Notes: generated by a model not told the origin, from the sequence alone. Numbered from the stretch's first letter, positions 9,037 through 18,038 are shown. The stretch is 64,000 bases of DNA from Ruminococcus sp. (GCA_020024635.1 JAHHTL010000002.1:19139-83138); one strand, 5' to 3'. Program-made: numbers and translations.

Positions 9037-11709
9037 ATGGCACAATTACGTTCTAAAATTGTGAAATTAGCGAAAATGGTGGGTGGTATTGCTGGTGTGA
9101 TGAATAAAATTGATGAAAATGCACCGGAGTATTATGCACTCGAATGTGTGGTCAGTGATGAACAGGCAGATGTGGCGCTGACAATGGGGCTTCGCAAACC
9201 TCGGACGGTGGAATATGTTTCCCAAAAGTGTGGAAAGACAATCGAAGAAACACACAAAATATTAATGGAACTTTCTAAGATTGGTGTATGTAAAGTTTGG
9301 CATGAGGATGGACAAGAATTATTTTGGGTTAATATTTTTGCACCGGGCATGTTGGAAATGATGGTCAACAATAGAGAACAGTTAGAAAAGTATCCACAAA
9401 TTGGAAAGGCATTTGAAGCATATACTCGTACTAGGCTTGCTCCAATGACCCCAATGCTTCCAGAGGGAATGGCGATGATGCGAGTAATTCCGATAGAATC
9501 AGCCATTGAAAACATACCAGGAGTCCAACCATGGGAAAAATTGTCCCACTACCTTGACAAATACGATAAGTTTAGCGTTTCAGACTGTTCTTGTCGCGCA
9601 TCTCGTCGCCATTTAGATGAGGGATGTGGTCATTTGGAACAAGATCTTTGTATACAGATGGGATCAGGGGCGGAATATTATATCAATACAGGTCGAGCCA
9701 GAGAAATTACAAGAGAAGAGGCCGAGGAAATTATCCATCGAGCAGAAGAAATGGGATTGATGCATGAAATGCCACATACAGAAGAATGTGGAGAGGCGTT
9801 TGCTATTTGTAATTGCTGTGGATGTTCTTGTTTTTCTATGCGTATTGCATCGATGTTTAAAACACCGGATGCTATTCGTTCAAATTTCTGTGCAGAAGTG
9901 AATACAGCTAACTGTGTAGCCTGTGGACAGTGTGTGGAAAATTGTCCGGTGAATGCGATTCAATTAGGGCAGCGCTTATGTGCAAAAGAACCGCTACCAG
10001 AGAAAAAGGAACGTACGGTTCGAGATCATATATGGGGGAAAAAAGACTGGAATGTAGATTATCGTGAAAATAGAAAAGACGTAGCGGAAGAAGGAACATC
10101 TCCGTGTAAAACAGCCTGTCCAGCGCATATTGCAGTGCAAGGATATATTAAGCTTGCCAGCCAGGGGCGCTACAAAGAAGCCTTGGAACTGATCAAAAAA
10201 GAAAATCCATTTCCAGCGGTATGCGGTCGAATCTGTCCACATGGCTGTGAGAGTGAATGTACCAGAGGAGATATTGACGAACCGATTGCAATTGATGAGA
10301 TCAAGAAGTTTATTGCAGATCAAGAGTTAGATAGCAATCAGCGGTTTATCCCAGAGAAACGTCATGATTATGGTAGAAAGATTGCGGTTGTAGGAGCAGG
10401 CCCTGCGGGACTTTCTTGTGCCTATTATCTTGCCATTGACGGTTATGCAGTTACAGTGTTTGAAAAGCAAGAAAAATTAGGGGGAATGTTGACCTTAGGA
10501 ATTCCGGCTTTCCGTCTAGAGAAAAATGTAGTAGATGCAGAAATCGATATTTTAAGAGAGATGGGGGTAGAGTTTAAGACAGGAATCGAAGTAGGAAAAG
10601 ATCTTACATTAGATGAGCTAAGAAACCAAGGATATGAGGCTTTCTATCTTGCAATTGGCGCACAAGGAGGACGGTCGCTTGGAGTAGAAGGGGAAAATGC
10701 ACTTGGTGTAATTACTGGGGTAGAGTTTTTGCGAGATGTAAATCTTGGAAAAGAGGTACAACTTTCAGGAAAAGCGGTTGTCATAGGTGGTGGAAATGTT
10801 GCCATTGATGTAGCACGTACAGCGACACGAACAGGAGCATCCGAAGTTTCCATGTTCTGTCTGGAAAGCAGAAAAGAAATGCCGGCTCTAACAGAAGAAA
10901 TAGAAGAAACCTTAGAAGAAGGAATTTCCATTGAAAACAGTTGGGGACCAAAGCGCATTCTTGTGGAAAATGGAAAGGTTACAGGTGTAGAATTTAAGAA
11001 ATGTGTCTCTGTTTTCGATGAGAATGGACGTTTTGCACCAAAATATGATGAAAACAATACGATTATCGTAGAAGCACAAACTGTACTTATATCAATTGGT
11101 CAGTCCATTCAGTGGGGAGGACTTCTAGAAGGAAGTGCTGTAGAAATCAATCCAAATAGAACGGCAAAGGCAGATGCACATACCTATCAAACGGCTCAAA
11201 AGGATGTATTTGTAGGTGGAGATGCCTATACAGGACCGAAATTTGCAATCCATGCGATCGCAGCAGGAAAAGAAGGTGCAATTTCTATCCATCGTTATGT
11301 ACAACCAGGACAAAGTTTGACCTTTGGACGAGATCGACGAGAGTACCATGCCTTTGATAAAAATAACATTGTTGTGGAAGGATTTGACAATACGGCACGT
11401 CAAAAGATAGGTCATAATCCAGCGGCCAAAAATTCTTTTAAAGATGATCGCATTACATTTACAGAAGAACAAATGAAAAAAGAAACAGAACGTTGCCTTG
11501 GATGTGGAGCGGCACAAGTAGATGCGTATATGTGTGTGGGATGTGGACAGTGTACAACAAAATGTAAATTTGATGCTATCCACCTTATACGAAAATACGA
11601 TAATACACCGGACACCTATGAAAAACTTCCAATGAAAATGGCTGCAAATGCCGTGAAACGTGCAGGGAAAATTGTTGCTACGGGTGTAAAAGAAATCGGA
11701 AAAAATTAG
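9037..11709 (+). CDS. multidomain Fe-S flavoprotein: Cys-rich N-terminal module, ferredoxin domain, GltD-like NAD(P)H/FAD oxidoreductase, C-terminal ferredoxin domain
   Basis: Cys-rich stretches CSCRASRRH..GCGH..CNCCGCSC. Ferredoxin motif CVACGQCVENCP. GltD-type cluster CKTACPAH...CGRICPHGCESECTRG. Dinucleotide folds VVGAGPAGLSCAYYL and VVIGGGNVAIDVA. C-terminal CLGCG..CVGCGQCTTKC. Confidence 0.8.
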   Translation: MAQLRSKIVKLAKMVGGIAGVMNKIDENAPEYYALECVVSDEQADVALTMGLRKPRTVEYVSQKCGKTIEETHKILMELSKIGVCKVWHEDGQELFWVNIFAPGMLEMMVNNREQLEKYPQIGKAFEAYTRTRLAPMTPMLPEGMAMMRVIPIESAIENIPGVQPWEKLSHYLDKYDKFSVSDCSCRASRRHLDEGCGHLEQDLCIQMGSGAEYYINTGRAREITREEAEEIIHRAEEMGLMHEMPHTEECGEAFAICNCCGCSCFSMRIASMFKTPDAIRSNFCAEVNTANCVACGQCVENCPVNAIQLGQRLCAKEPLPEKKERTVRDHIWGKKDWNVDYRENRKDVAEEGTSPCKTACPAHIAVQGYIKLASQGRYKEALELIKKENPFPAVCGRICPHGCESECTRGDIDEPIAIDEIKKFIADQELDSNQRFIPEKRHDYGRKIAVVGAGPAGLSCAYYLAIDGYAVTVFEKQEKLGGMLTLGIPAFRLEKNVVDAEIDILREMGVEFKTGIEVGKDLTLDELRNQGYEAFYLAIGAQGGRSLGVEGENALGVITGVEFLRDVNLGKEVQLSGKAVVIGGGNVAIDVARTATRTGASEVSMFCLESRKEMPALTEEIEETLEEGISIENSWGPKRILVENGKVTGVEFKKCVSVFDENGRFAPKYDENNTIIVEAQTVLISIGQSIQWGGLLEGSAVEINPNRTAKADAHTYQTAQKDVFVGGDAYTGPKFAIHAIAAGKEGAISIHRYVQPGQSLTFGRDRREYHAFDKNNIVVEGFDNTARQKIGHNPAAKNSFKDDRITFTEEQMKKETERCLGCGAAQVDAYMCVGCGQCTTKCKFDAIHLIRKYDNTPDTYEKLPMKMAANAVKRAGKIVATGVKEIGKN

Positions 11710-11731
11710 AACTTATGTCTGGAGGAAGAGC

Positions 11732-12073
11732 ATGCACGAACTGGGAGTTATAAGTTCAATGGTTAAGACAATAGAAGAAATCATAAAAGAAGAGGGTTTT
11801 ACAGAAGTACAAAAGCTTGTATTAGAAGTAGGAGAACTGTCTGGAGTAGTACCACATTATATGGAAGTATGCTTTCCGGCAGCGGTTTATAAAACTTTTA
11901 TGGAAAACACGGTATTAGAAATGGAGACTGTACCGGGAATCGTAAAGTGCAAAGACTGTGGAAGAGAATTTAACGCGGTGGCTCAAGATTTTCGTTGCCC
12001 GAAATGTGGGAGCAATGATATGGAAATCCTCTCGGGAAATGATGTGATGATTAAAGAACTTCTATGTAGTTAA
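11732..12073 (+). CDS. hypA: hydrogenase nickel insertion metallochaperone HypA
   Basis: 113 aa. N-terminal MHE nickel site. Zinc site CKDCG...CPKCG. Confidence 0.9.
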   Translation: MHELGVISSMVKTIEEIIKEEGFTEVQKLVLEVGELSGVVPHYMEVCFPAAVYKTFMENTVLEMETVPGIVKCKDCGREFNAVAQDFRCPKCGSNDMEILSGNDVMIKELLCS

Positions 12074-12087
12074 AAGGATAAAAAGAC

Positions 12088-12115
12088 AAAATGGATAGCG
12101 TTTGCTATCCATTTT
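12088..12115. terminator. bidirectional terminator between hypA (+) and hsp20 (-)
   Basis: Hairpin AAAATGGATAGC / GCTATCCATTTT, flanked by an A-run and a T-run. Confidence 0.75.
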
Positions 12116-12128
12116 GCATGATCACAGC

Positions 12129-12548
12129 TTATTCAATTGCTATTCTTGTCTGAGATGTAACATTTTGAGGAGCTTTTTTCGGAATGAGCAATTTTAGAAC
12201 GCCATCGGAAAATGCAGCTTTGATGTCCTCTTTTGTAACATCCTTTCCTACATAAAATTTTCTAGTACAGTTTCCAGTGTATCTTTCTCGACGGATACAA
12301 TTTCCTTTCTGATCTTTTTCTTCGTTTGTCTGATCTTTCACTGCACTGATGCAAAGATATCCATCTTTTAAATCAGCGGAAATATCTTCTTTTGTATATC
12401 CAGGAAGTTCCATTTCAACCATATAGTTTCCGTCTTTTTCATGAATGTCTGTTTTCATGATCTGTGCGGAGGTGTTTTCAAATGGACGTGTAAAGAAAGG
12501 ATCCTGAAACATCTCATCAAAAAAATTATTTCTGTTTGCTAATAACAT
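12129..12548 (-). CDS. Hsp20/alpha-crystallin family small heat-shock protein
   Basis: 139 aa. Alpha-crystallin domain (DIHEKDGNYMVEMELPGYTKEDI...GVLKLLIPK). Confidence 0.9.
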   Translation of the reverse strand: MLLANRNNFFDEMFQDPFFTRPFENTSAQIMKTDIHEKDGNYMVEMELPGYTKEDISADLKDGYLCISAVKDQTNEEKDQKGNCIRRERYTGNCTRKFYVGKDVTKEDIKAAFSDGVLKLLIPKKAPQNVTSQTRIAIE

Positions 12549-12594
12549 AAGTCATACCTCCTTGAAAAACATTTGTTTTATTTGTTCTATATAT

Positions 12595-12623
12595 TATATA
12601 ACATATATTATTAGCAATGTCAA
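12595..12623 (-). promoter_or_regulatory. sigma-A promoter of hsp20
   Basis: On the minus strand: TTGACA (12623-12618), 17-nt spacer, TATATA (12600-12595). TATAAT sits 2 nt further along. Confidence 0.6.
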
Positions 12624-12637
12624 CAGGTGAGTGCTAA
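12611..12637 (-). promoter_or_regulatory. CIRCE element (HrcA operator)
   Basis: On the minus strand it reads TTAGCACTC-N9-CATTGCTAA. The consensus is TTAGCACTC-N9-GAGTGCTAA, so one arm is perfect and the other matches 7 of 9. It overlaps the -35 box. Confidence 0.7.
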
Positions 12638-12751
12638 TTTTCTAAAAAAATAAAAATAGAAGTTTTTCAAGGTACATCGGTTATGCTACAATAACGTTAT
12701 ACAAAATAAGATGTTGCGAGGAAAAACGGATAGATTGCTTTGGGATAGAGG

Positions 12752-13300
12752 ATGAATATGAATCAGTTGGAACATGTGGAGGTTATACAAAGTAACCGTA
12801 AGACAATGTCCATTCAAATAAAAAAAACAGGACAAGTGATAGTTCGTGCGCCGTATTGGATGAAGGATGCGGATATTCACAGGGTTGTGAAGGATAGAGA
12901 AGAATGGATCAAAAAACATTTAAAAATAGTAGAAGAAGAAAAAAAACATCAAATGTGTATCAGTGAAGAAGAGGTGCAAGAACTTGTGCGCAAAGCAAAG
13001 AGGATACTACCACAAAAAGTGTCTTACTATGCAGAAAAGATAGGAGTTACATACGGACGGATTACGATCAGGCATCAAAAGACTAGATGGGGAAGTTGTA
13101 GTTCTAAAGGAAATCTTAATTTTAATTGTGTACTGATGATGGCGCCGGAAGAAGTGCAAGATTACATTGTGGTACATGAACTGTGTCATAGGAAAGAAAT
13201 GAATCATTCAAAAAAATTTTGGGACGAAGTAGAGAAGATTTTGCCGGAATACAGAAAACAAGAACAGTGGCTAAAAACAAAAGGGCGTGTATTGATTTAA
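12752..13300 (+). CDS. YgjP-like zinc metallohydrolase (DUF45 / M48-like)
   Basis: 182 aa. WGSCSSKGNLNFN and the zinc motif VVHELCHRKEMNH. Confidence 0.8.
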   Translation: MNMNQLEHVEVIQSNRKTMSIQIKKTGQVIVRAPYWMKDADIHRVVKDREEWIKKHLKIVEEEKKHQMCISEEEVQELVRKAKRILPQKVSYYAEKIGVTYGRITIRHQKTRWGSCSSKGNLNFNCVLMMAPEEVQDYIVVHELCHRKEMNHSKKFWDEVEKILPEYRKQEQWLKTKGRVLI

Positions 13301-13336
13301 TTTCAAATATTCAAAACAGTGGTTAGGAAAGTTAGA

Positions 13337-14536
13337 ATGAAAGAACAAAAAGACTGGTTTACGGGGATAGATTATTATAATAATTATAAAGAGAAAGAAA
13401 TTCAGGTGGAAAAACTTGAAATTAGCAAAACAATTGATCTCCATGCTCATGTGCAGGTAGAACTGTGGTATGTACTGGATGGAATCGCGAAGATGGATGT
13501 GAATGGGAAAACGTATCCCTTGGAAAAAAATGCATTTTTATGTTTGTATGCGCATCATCTTTATCAAGTTTATGAAATTAAAGAAAGCTTAAAAGTAATT
13601 AGAATTCGATTTTTTATCGGTTTATTTATGCATATGATGTGGGAAAAACATGAATCTGCCACACATGCCCAGTTGGTTTATGAAACCAAACCAATCATTG
13701 ATGGGAACTGTGACAAACATATTAAAGAACTGTTTCTAAGTATTTGCAAGGAACAGGAAGAGGAAAAATTTGGAGCACGCAATATGATTGTTTATCGGGT
13801 GCTGGAATTGCATACGTTATATTGTCGTTATGCTTTGGAGGATACAAGAAAGGTGGATGAAAAAGACATATGGTATATCATTCAACAAATTTTGGTATCA
13901 CCGGCAAAATCTTATAAAATCGATGAAGCAGCAAACAAGCTAGGTTATCATCCCAATTACTTAAATCAGAAATTAAAACAATTGTGCGGAATGACTTTTT
14001 TGGAGCTAAAGCAGTTTGCGAAGGTATTAAATGTATGTGCACTGCTCCATTTTGAAGAACTGGAAATTTCCTATATTATTGAGCAATTAGGGGATTGTTC
14101 CAAGGCAACTTTTTACCGTATTTTTGAAGAATATACAGGGATGAGTCCAACAACTTACCAGAAGAAAATGATTTTAGACCAAGAGCATTATTATCATGGT
14201 CAAGATCGCTTTTTGAAAATACTTCAATATTTGTCATTTTACTTTACCGGCAACATTACAATACAGGATTGTGCACAAGAATTAAATATCAAAGAATATG
14301 CAATTGAACAATTATTAAAGGATTACGATCTAACTTTTAAAACATTACTAGAAGATATTCGGTTTCTATATGCAAAAACCTTAATTGAGACAACAGACAT
14401 CCCACTGACAACTATTGCAATGGATTGCGGATTTGGTAGCTTGTCTACCTTTCAGAGAGTATTTCAAAATAAACGAAATTGTATGCCTAGTGAATATCGA
14501 AAAAAGATAAAAACCTTAAAAAATGAGAATAATTAA
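13337..14536 (+). CDS. AraC family transcriptional regulator with cupin sensor and two tandem AraC-type DNA-binding modules
   Basis: Cupin-like HAHVQVELWYVLDG...YAHHLYQV. First AraC module ends ...FYRIFEEYTGMSPTTYQKK. Second module ends ...FQRVFQNKRNCMPSEYRKK. I chose the ATG at 13337 over the GTG at 13319. Confidence 0.8.
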   Translation: MKEQKDWFTGIDYYNNYKEKEIQVEKLEISKTIDLHAHVQVELWYVLDGIAKMDVNGKTYPLEKNAFLCLYAHHLYQVYEIKESLKVIRIRFFIGLFMHMMWEKHESATHAQLVYETKPIIDGNCDKHIKELFLSICKEQEEEKFGARNMIVYRVLELHTLYCRYALEDTRKVDEKDIWYIIQQILVSPAKSYKIDEAANKLGYHPNYLNQKLKQLCGMTFLELKQFAKVLNVCALLHFEELEISYIIEQLGDCSKATFYRIFEEYTGMSPTTYQKKMILDQEHYYHGQDRFLKILQYLSFYFTGNITIQDCAQELNIKEYAIEQLLKDYDLTFKTLLEDIRFLYAKTLIETTDIPLTTIAMDCGFGSLSTFQRVFQNKRNCMPSEYRKKIKTLKNENN

Positions 14537-14604
14537 ACTTAAAATGAATGTTAGAATGCTCTATTGCGAGTTATAATGTATTTAGATAAATTTAGGAGGT
14601 TCTT

Positions 14605-16539
14605 ATGAAGTATAATAATTTGTTTCAACCTTGTGATATACGTGGGTTGCATATGAAAAATCGTATTATTCTTCCGGCCATGGGAACAAGAATGGCTGGA
14701 GAGCATGGAGAGATCACACCTCGCTTGATCGCGTATCATAAAGCGCGTGCAAAAGGTGGTTGCGGGTTAAATATTGTGGAAGTAGCAGCGGTACATACAC
14801 CGAGTGCACCAGCACATTTCGTGTCTATTAGTGAGGATTCCCATATCGAAGGACATAAGAAACTAACCGATGCGATTCATGAAGCCGGTGGAAAAGCAGG
14901 AATTCAATTATGGCAGGGAAGTATTGCAGTAGGGATGGATCCAAAAGCGAAAATGTTTGTAGTAGATGACATGAATTTTGGAGAATTTACATTACCGGCA
15001 ATTACAAAAGAAGAAATCAAGGAAGTCGTAGAAGCATACGGGAAAGCGGCCAAAAGAGTTGCACTTGCGGGGTATGACTGCGTAGAATTTCATTGTGCAC
15101 ACAATTACCTGCCACATTCTTTCTTAAGTGGTGGACTAAACCATAGAACAGATGAATATGGCGGAAGTTTTGAAAATCGTTCTCGTTTTCCATTAGAATG
15201 TATTCGTGCAATTCGTGAAAACATGCCAGAGGATATGCCATTGTTTATGCGTATTGATGCCCATGACGACTGTTTGCCAAATGGATTGACAATTGACGAA
15301 GTGATTGCATTTTGTAAGCTTGCTCAAAAAGAAGGCGTAGATGTTTTGGATGTATCAAGAGGAAATATCATTACATCAGCTACTGTTTACGAGGTACCGC
15401 CATTAGATGTACCAAGAGGATTTAATGTTGCAAATGCAGAAAAGATTCGTAAAGAAACAGGGATGTTAACGATTGCTGTTGGAAGAATTAATACTCCAGA
15501 GCAGGCAGAAGAGATCCTTGCAAAGAAAAAAGCAGATTTTGTAGTTATAGGAAGAGGACAGCTTGCGGATCCAGAATTCTCTATAAAGGCAGAGGAAGGA
15601 AGAGCACAAGATATTGTACATTGTGTTGGATGTAATCAGGGATGTTACGATGGATTCTGTGATTTGGAAAATCGCTCGTTTATTACTTGCCTGCGAAACC
15701 CAATGATCGGACATGAAGAAGAGTGGGAGATCAAATCTACAGAGGCTCCGAAACGTGTTGCGATTATCGGAGGAGGTATGGCAGGATTAGAAGCAGCTAA
15801 AATTTTAAAACAAAGAGGTCATCAGCCAGAAATTTTTGAAGCAGGAAGTCAGTTAGGCGGGCAGATTATTACAGCAGGAAAAGCGCCTGGAAAACAAGAA
15901 ATGGAAATGGCAGCACATGCATTTGGAAAACAAGTTGAATCCATGGGAGTTCCAGTACACTACAACACAAAAGTTGATGCAAAGATGTTAAAACAGGAAG
16001 TATTTGATGAAGTAATCATTGCGGCAGGTGCGAAACCAGTGGAAATCTCGCTTCCGGGAGCAGAAAAAAAATGCATGGCAGATTCTCATTCCGTATTAAA
16101 TGGAACGAAAGAAGTAAAAGGTCGTGTATGTGTAATAGGTGGAGGACTTGTAGGCCTTGAGGTGGCTGACTACTTAGCGGAAAAACAGCATGAAGTTCAC
16201 GTTGTTGAGATGATGGATGAAGCTGGAAAAGATTTAGGAAACTTACGAAAAATCTGTGTAAACGAAAAGCTCAATAAACTTGGGGTAGACATACAGTGTA
16301 ATAGTAAATGTGTTGCTGTTACAGAGGAAGGTGTACAGATTGAGACAGATGGAAAAATAAAAGTAGTCAATTGCGACAGTGTAGTTATTGCAATTGGAGC
16401 ACGTTCTCGGGATATGGAAGATGTGAAAACATATTGCGAAGAAAATAAGATTCCGGTTCATGTTATCGGTGATGCAAAAAAAGCAAGAAGAGCATTGAAT
16501 GCAATAGAGGAAGCATTCGAAGTTGCGCGTACAATATAA
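14605..16539 (+). CDS. NADH:flavin oxidoreductase of the 2,4-dienoyl-CoA reductase / 2-enoate reductase family (OYE barrel + 4Fe-4S + FAD/NAD domain)
   Basis: OYE-like MKNRIILPAMGT, HCAHNYLPHSFLS and RTDEYGGSFENR. Cys cluster CVGCNQGCYDGFC...C. Rossmann motifs IIGGGMAGLEAA and VIGGGLVGLEVA. Confidence 0.85.
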   Translation: MKYNNLFQPCDIRGLHMKNRIILPAMGTRMAGEHGEITPRLIAYHKARAKGGCGLNIVEVAAVHTPSAPAHFVSISEDSHIEGHKKLTDAIHEAGGKAGIQLWQGSIAVGMDPKAKMFVVDDMNFGEFTLPAITKEEIKEVVEAYGKAAKRVALAGYDCVEFHCAHNYLPHSFLSGGLNHRTDEYGGSFENRSRFPLECIRAIRENMPEDMPLFMRIDAHDDCLPNGLTIDEVIAFCKLAQKEGVDVLDVSRGNIITSATVYEVPPLDVPRGFNVANAEKIRKETGMLTIAVGRINTPEQAEEILAKKKADFVVIGRGQLADPEFSIKAEEGRAQDIVHCVGCNQGCYDGFCDLENRSFITCLRNPMIGHEEEWEIKSTEAPKRVAIIGGGMAGLEAAKILKQRGHQPEIFEAGSQLGGQIITAGKAPGKQEMEMAAHAFGKQVESMGVPVHYNTKVDAKMLKQEVFDEVIIAAGAKPVEISLPGAEKKCMADSHSVLNGTKEVKGRVCVIGGGLVGLEVADYLAEKQHEVHVVEMMDEAGKDLGNLRKICVNEKLNKLGVDIQCNSKCVAVTEEGVQIETDGKIKVVNCDSVVIAIGARSRDMEDVKTYCEENKIPVHVIGDAKKARRALNAIEEAFEVARTI

Positions 16540-16548
16540 AAATAAAAG

Positions 16549-16582
16549 AAGCCCTAGTCTTCCAGATCGGAAGGTTAGGGCT
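16549..16582. terminator. bidirectional terminator between convergent genes
   Basis: Hairpin AGCCCTAGTCTTCC-AGAT-CGGAAGGTTAGGGCT, with an A-run on one flank and a T-run on the other. Confidence 0.75.
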
Positions 16583-16588
16583 AAAATT

Positions 16589-17959
16589 TTACAAAGATTC
16601 TGTGATCTTATGTGCAACATAAACACCACTGGCTGAAGCGTGTGATAAGGAATGGGTAACTCCACTTCCATCACCGATGATATAAAGACCTTTGTATTTT
16701 GTCTCAAGGTTTTCATCAATATCTACTTCCATGTTGTAGAATTTAACTTCAATACCATAAAGAAGCGTATCGTCGTTTGCGGTACCAGGTGCGATTTTAT
16801 CAAGGGCATAAATCATCTCAATGATACCATCTAAAATACGCTTTGGAAGGACAAGACTTAAATCTCCTGGTGTAGCAGCTAATGTTGGAGTTACGAGTCC
16901 TTCTTCGATACGTTTTGCATTACTACGACGTCCACGTACTAGATCGCCGAAACGTTGTACAATAACACCGCCACCTAGCATATTGGAAAGGCGGGCAATA
17001 CTTTCGCCATATCCGTTGCTGTCCTTAAAAGGTTCAGAGAAATGTTTTGCAACAAGAAGCGCAAAGTTTGTATTCTCCGTTTGTTTTTCAGGATCTTCAT
17101 AGCTATGACCATTTACAGTGATGATGCCGTTTGTATTTTCGTTAACAACAATTCCGTGTGGGTTCATGCAGAAAGTACGCACGTTGTCTTCGAATTTTTC
17201 AGTACGGTATACAATTTTGCTTTCGTATAATTCATCTGTAAGATGGGAAAATACAACAGCAGGAAGTTCTACACGAACTCCTAAATCTACACGGTTTGAT
17301 TTTGTTGGAATATTTAGATCTTTACAGACAGATTCCATCCATTTACTGCCACTTCGACCAACGGAAACGATACAGTCTTTACAGTCAGCAGATGCATCTT
17401 TGTAAAGAACGCGGTATCCTCCATCTATAATTTCGATTCTATCTACAGGAGTGTTAAAATAGAAATCAACGTGGTCTTTTAACTCATCATAAATATTTTC
17501 AAGAACAATATAGTTAATGTCTGTACCTAGATGACGCACAGAGGCATCTAGAAGATTTAACTTGTTTTGAATGCATAATTTTTTGAATTTTGTTCCGGCA
17601 GTAGAATACATCTTTGTACCTTCTCCACCGTGGGAAAGATTAATTTCATCTACATATTTCATAAGTTCTAAAGCTTTTTTCTTTCCAATGTGCTCAAATA
17701 ATGTTCCGCCGAAATCATTTGTAATATTATACTTTCCATCAGAGAAAGCTCCGGCTCCGCCAAACCCACTCATAATAGCACAGGTTTTACATTTGATACA
17801 GCTTGGCACTTTGTCTCCATCAATGGGACATTTTCTTTTGCTAAGAGCATAACCAGATTCAAATACTGCAATTTTCAGATTAGAATTTTTCTGCATTAGT
17901 TCATAGGCAGAAAAAATACCACCAGGACCAGCGCCTACAATAATTACATCATATTTCAT
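16589..17959 (-). CDS. FAD-dependent dehydrogenase (COG2509-like, NAD(FAD)-utilising)
   Basis: N-terminal YDVIIVGAGPGGIFSAYEL. Cys motif CPIDGDKVPSCIKCKTC. 456 aa. Confidence 0.8.
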   Translation of the reverse strand: MKYDVIIVGAGPGGIFSAYELMQKNSNLKIAVFESGYALSKRKCPIDGDKVPSCIKCKTCAIMSGFGGAGAFSDGKYNITNDFGGTLFEHIGKKKALELMKYVDEINLSHGGEGTKMYSTAGTKFKKLCIQNKLNLLDASVRHLGTDINYIVLENIYDELKDHVDFYFNTPVDRIEIIDGGYRVLYKDASADCKDCIVSVGRSGSKWMESVCKDLNIPTKSNRVDLGVRVELPAVVFSHLTDELYESKIVYRTEKFEDNVRTFCMNPHGIVVNENTNGIITVNGHSYEDPEKQTENTNFALLVAKHFSEPFKDSNGYGESIARLSNMLGGGVIVQRFGDLVRGRRSNAKRIEEGLVTPTLAATPGDLSLVLPKRILDGIIEMIYALDKIAPGTANDDTLLYGIEVKFYNMEVDIDENLETKYKGLYIIGDGSGVTHSLSHASASGVYVAHKITESL

Positions 17960-17990
17960 TTAAAACGCTCCTTTTCATATCAGCTTTTGT

Positions 17991-18038
17991 ATTAAAACGC
18001 AAAAAGAGCACGGAATCTTTTAGAAGATGCGTGCTCTT
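17991..18038 (-). terminator. terminator-like hairpin inside the 5' leader of the FAD-dependent dehydrogenase gene
   Basis: The minus-strand RNA reads AAGAGCACG-17 nt-CGTGCTCTT followed by TTTTGCGTTTT. It lies about 12 nt after the predicted TSS and about 45 nt before the RBS. Confidence 0.5.

Noticed and set aside
16243-16719. 158-aa minus-strand ORF spanning the 3' end of the OYE reductase gene, the bidirectional terminator and the 3' end of the FAD-dependent gene
   Set aside because: It runs through a strong terminator hairpin and overlaps two well-supported genes, so it is not a plausible coding unit.
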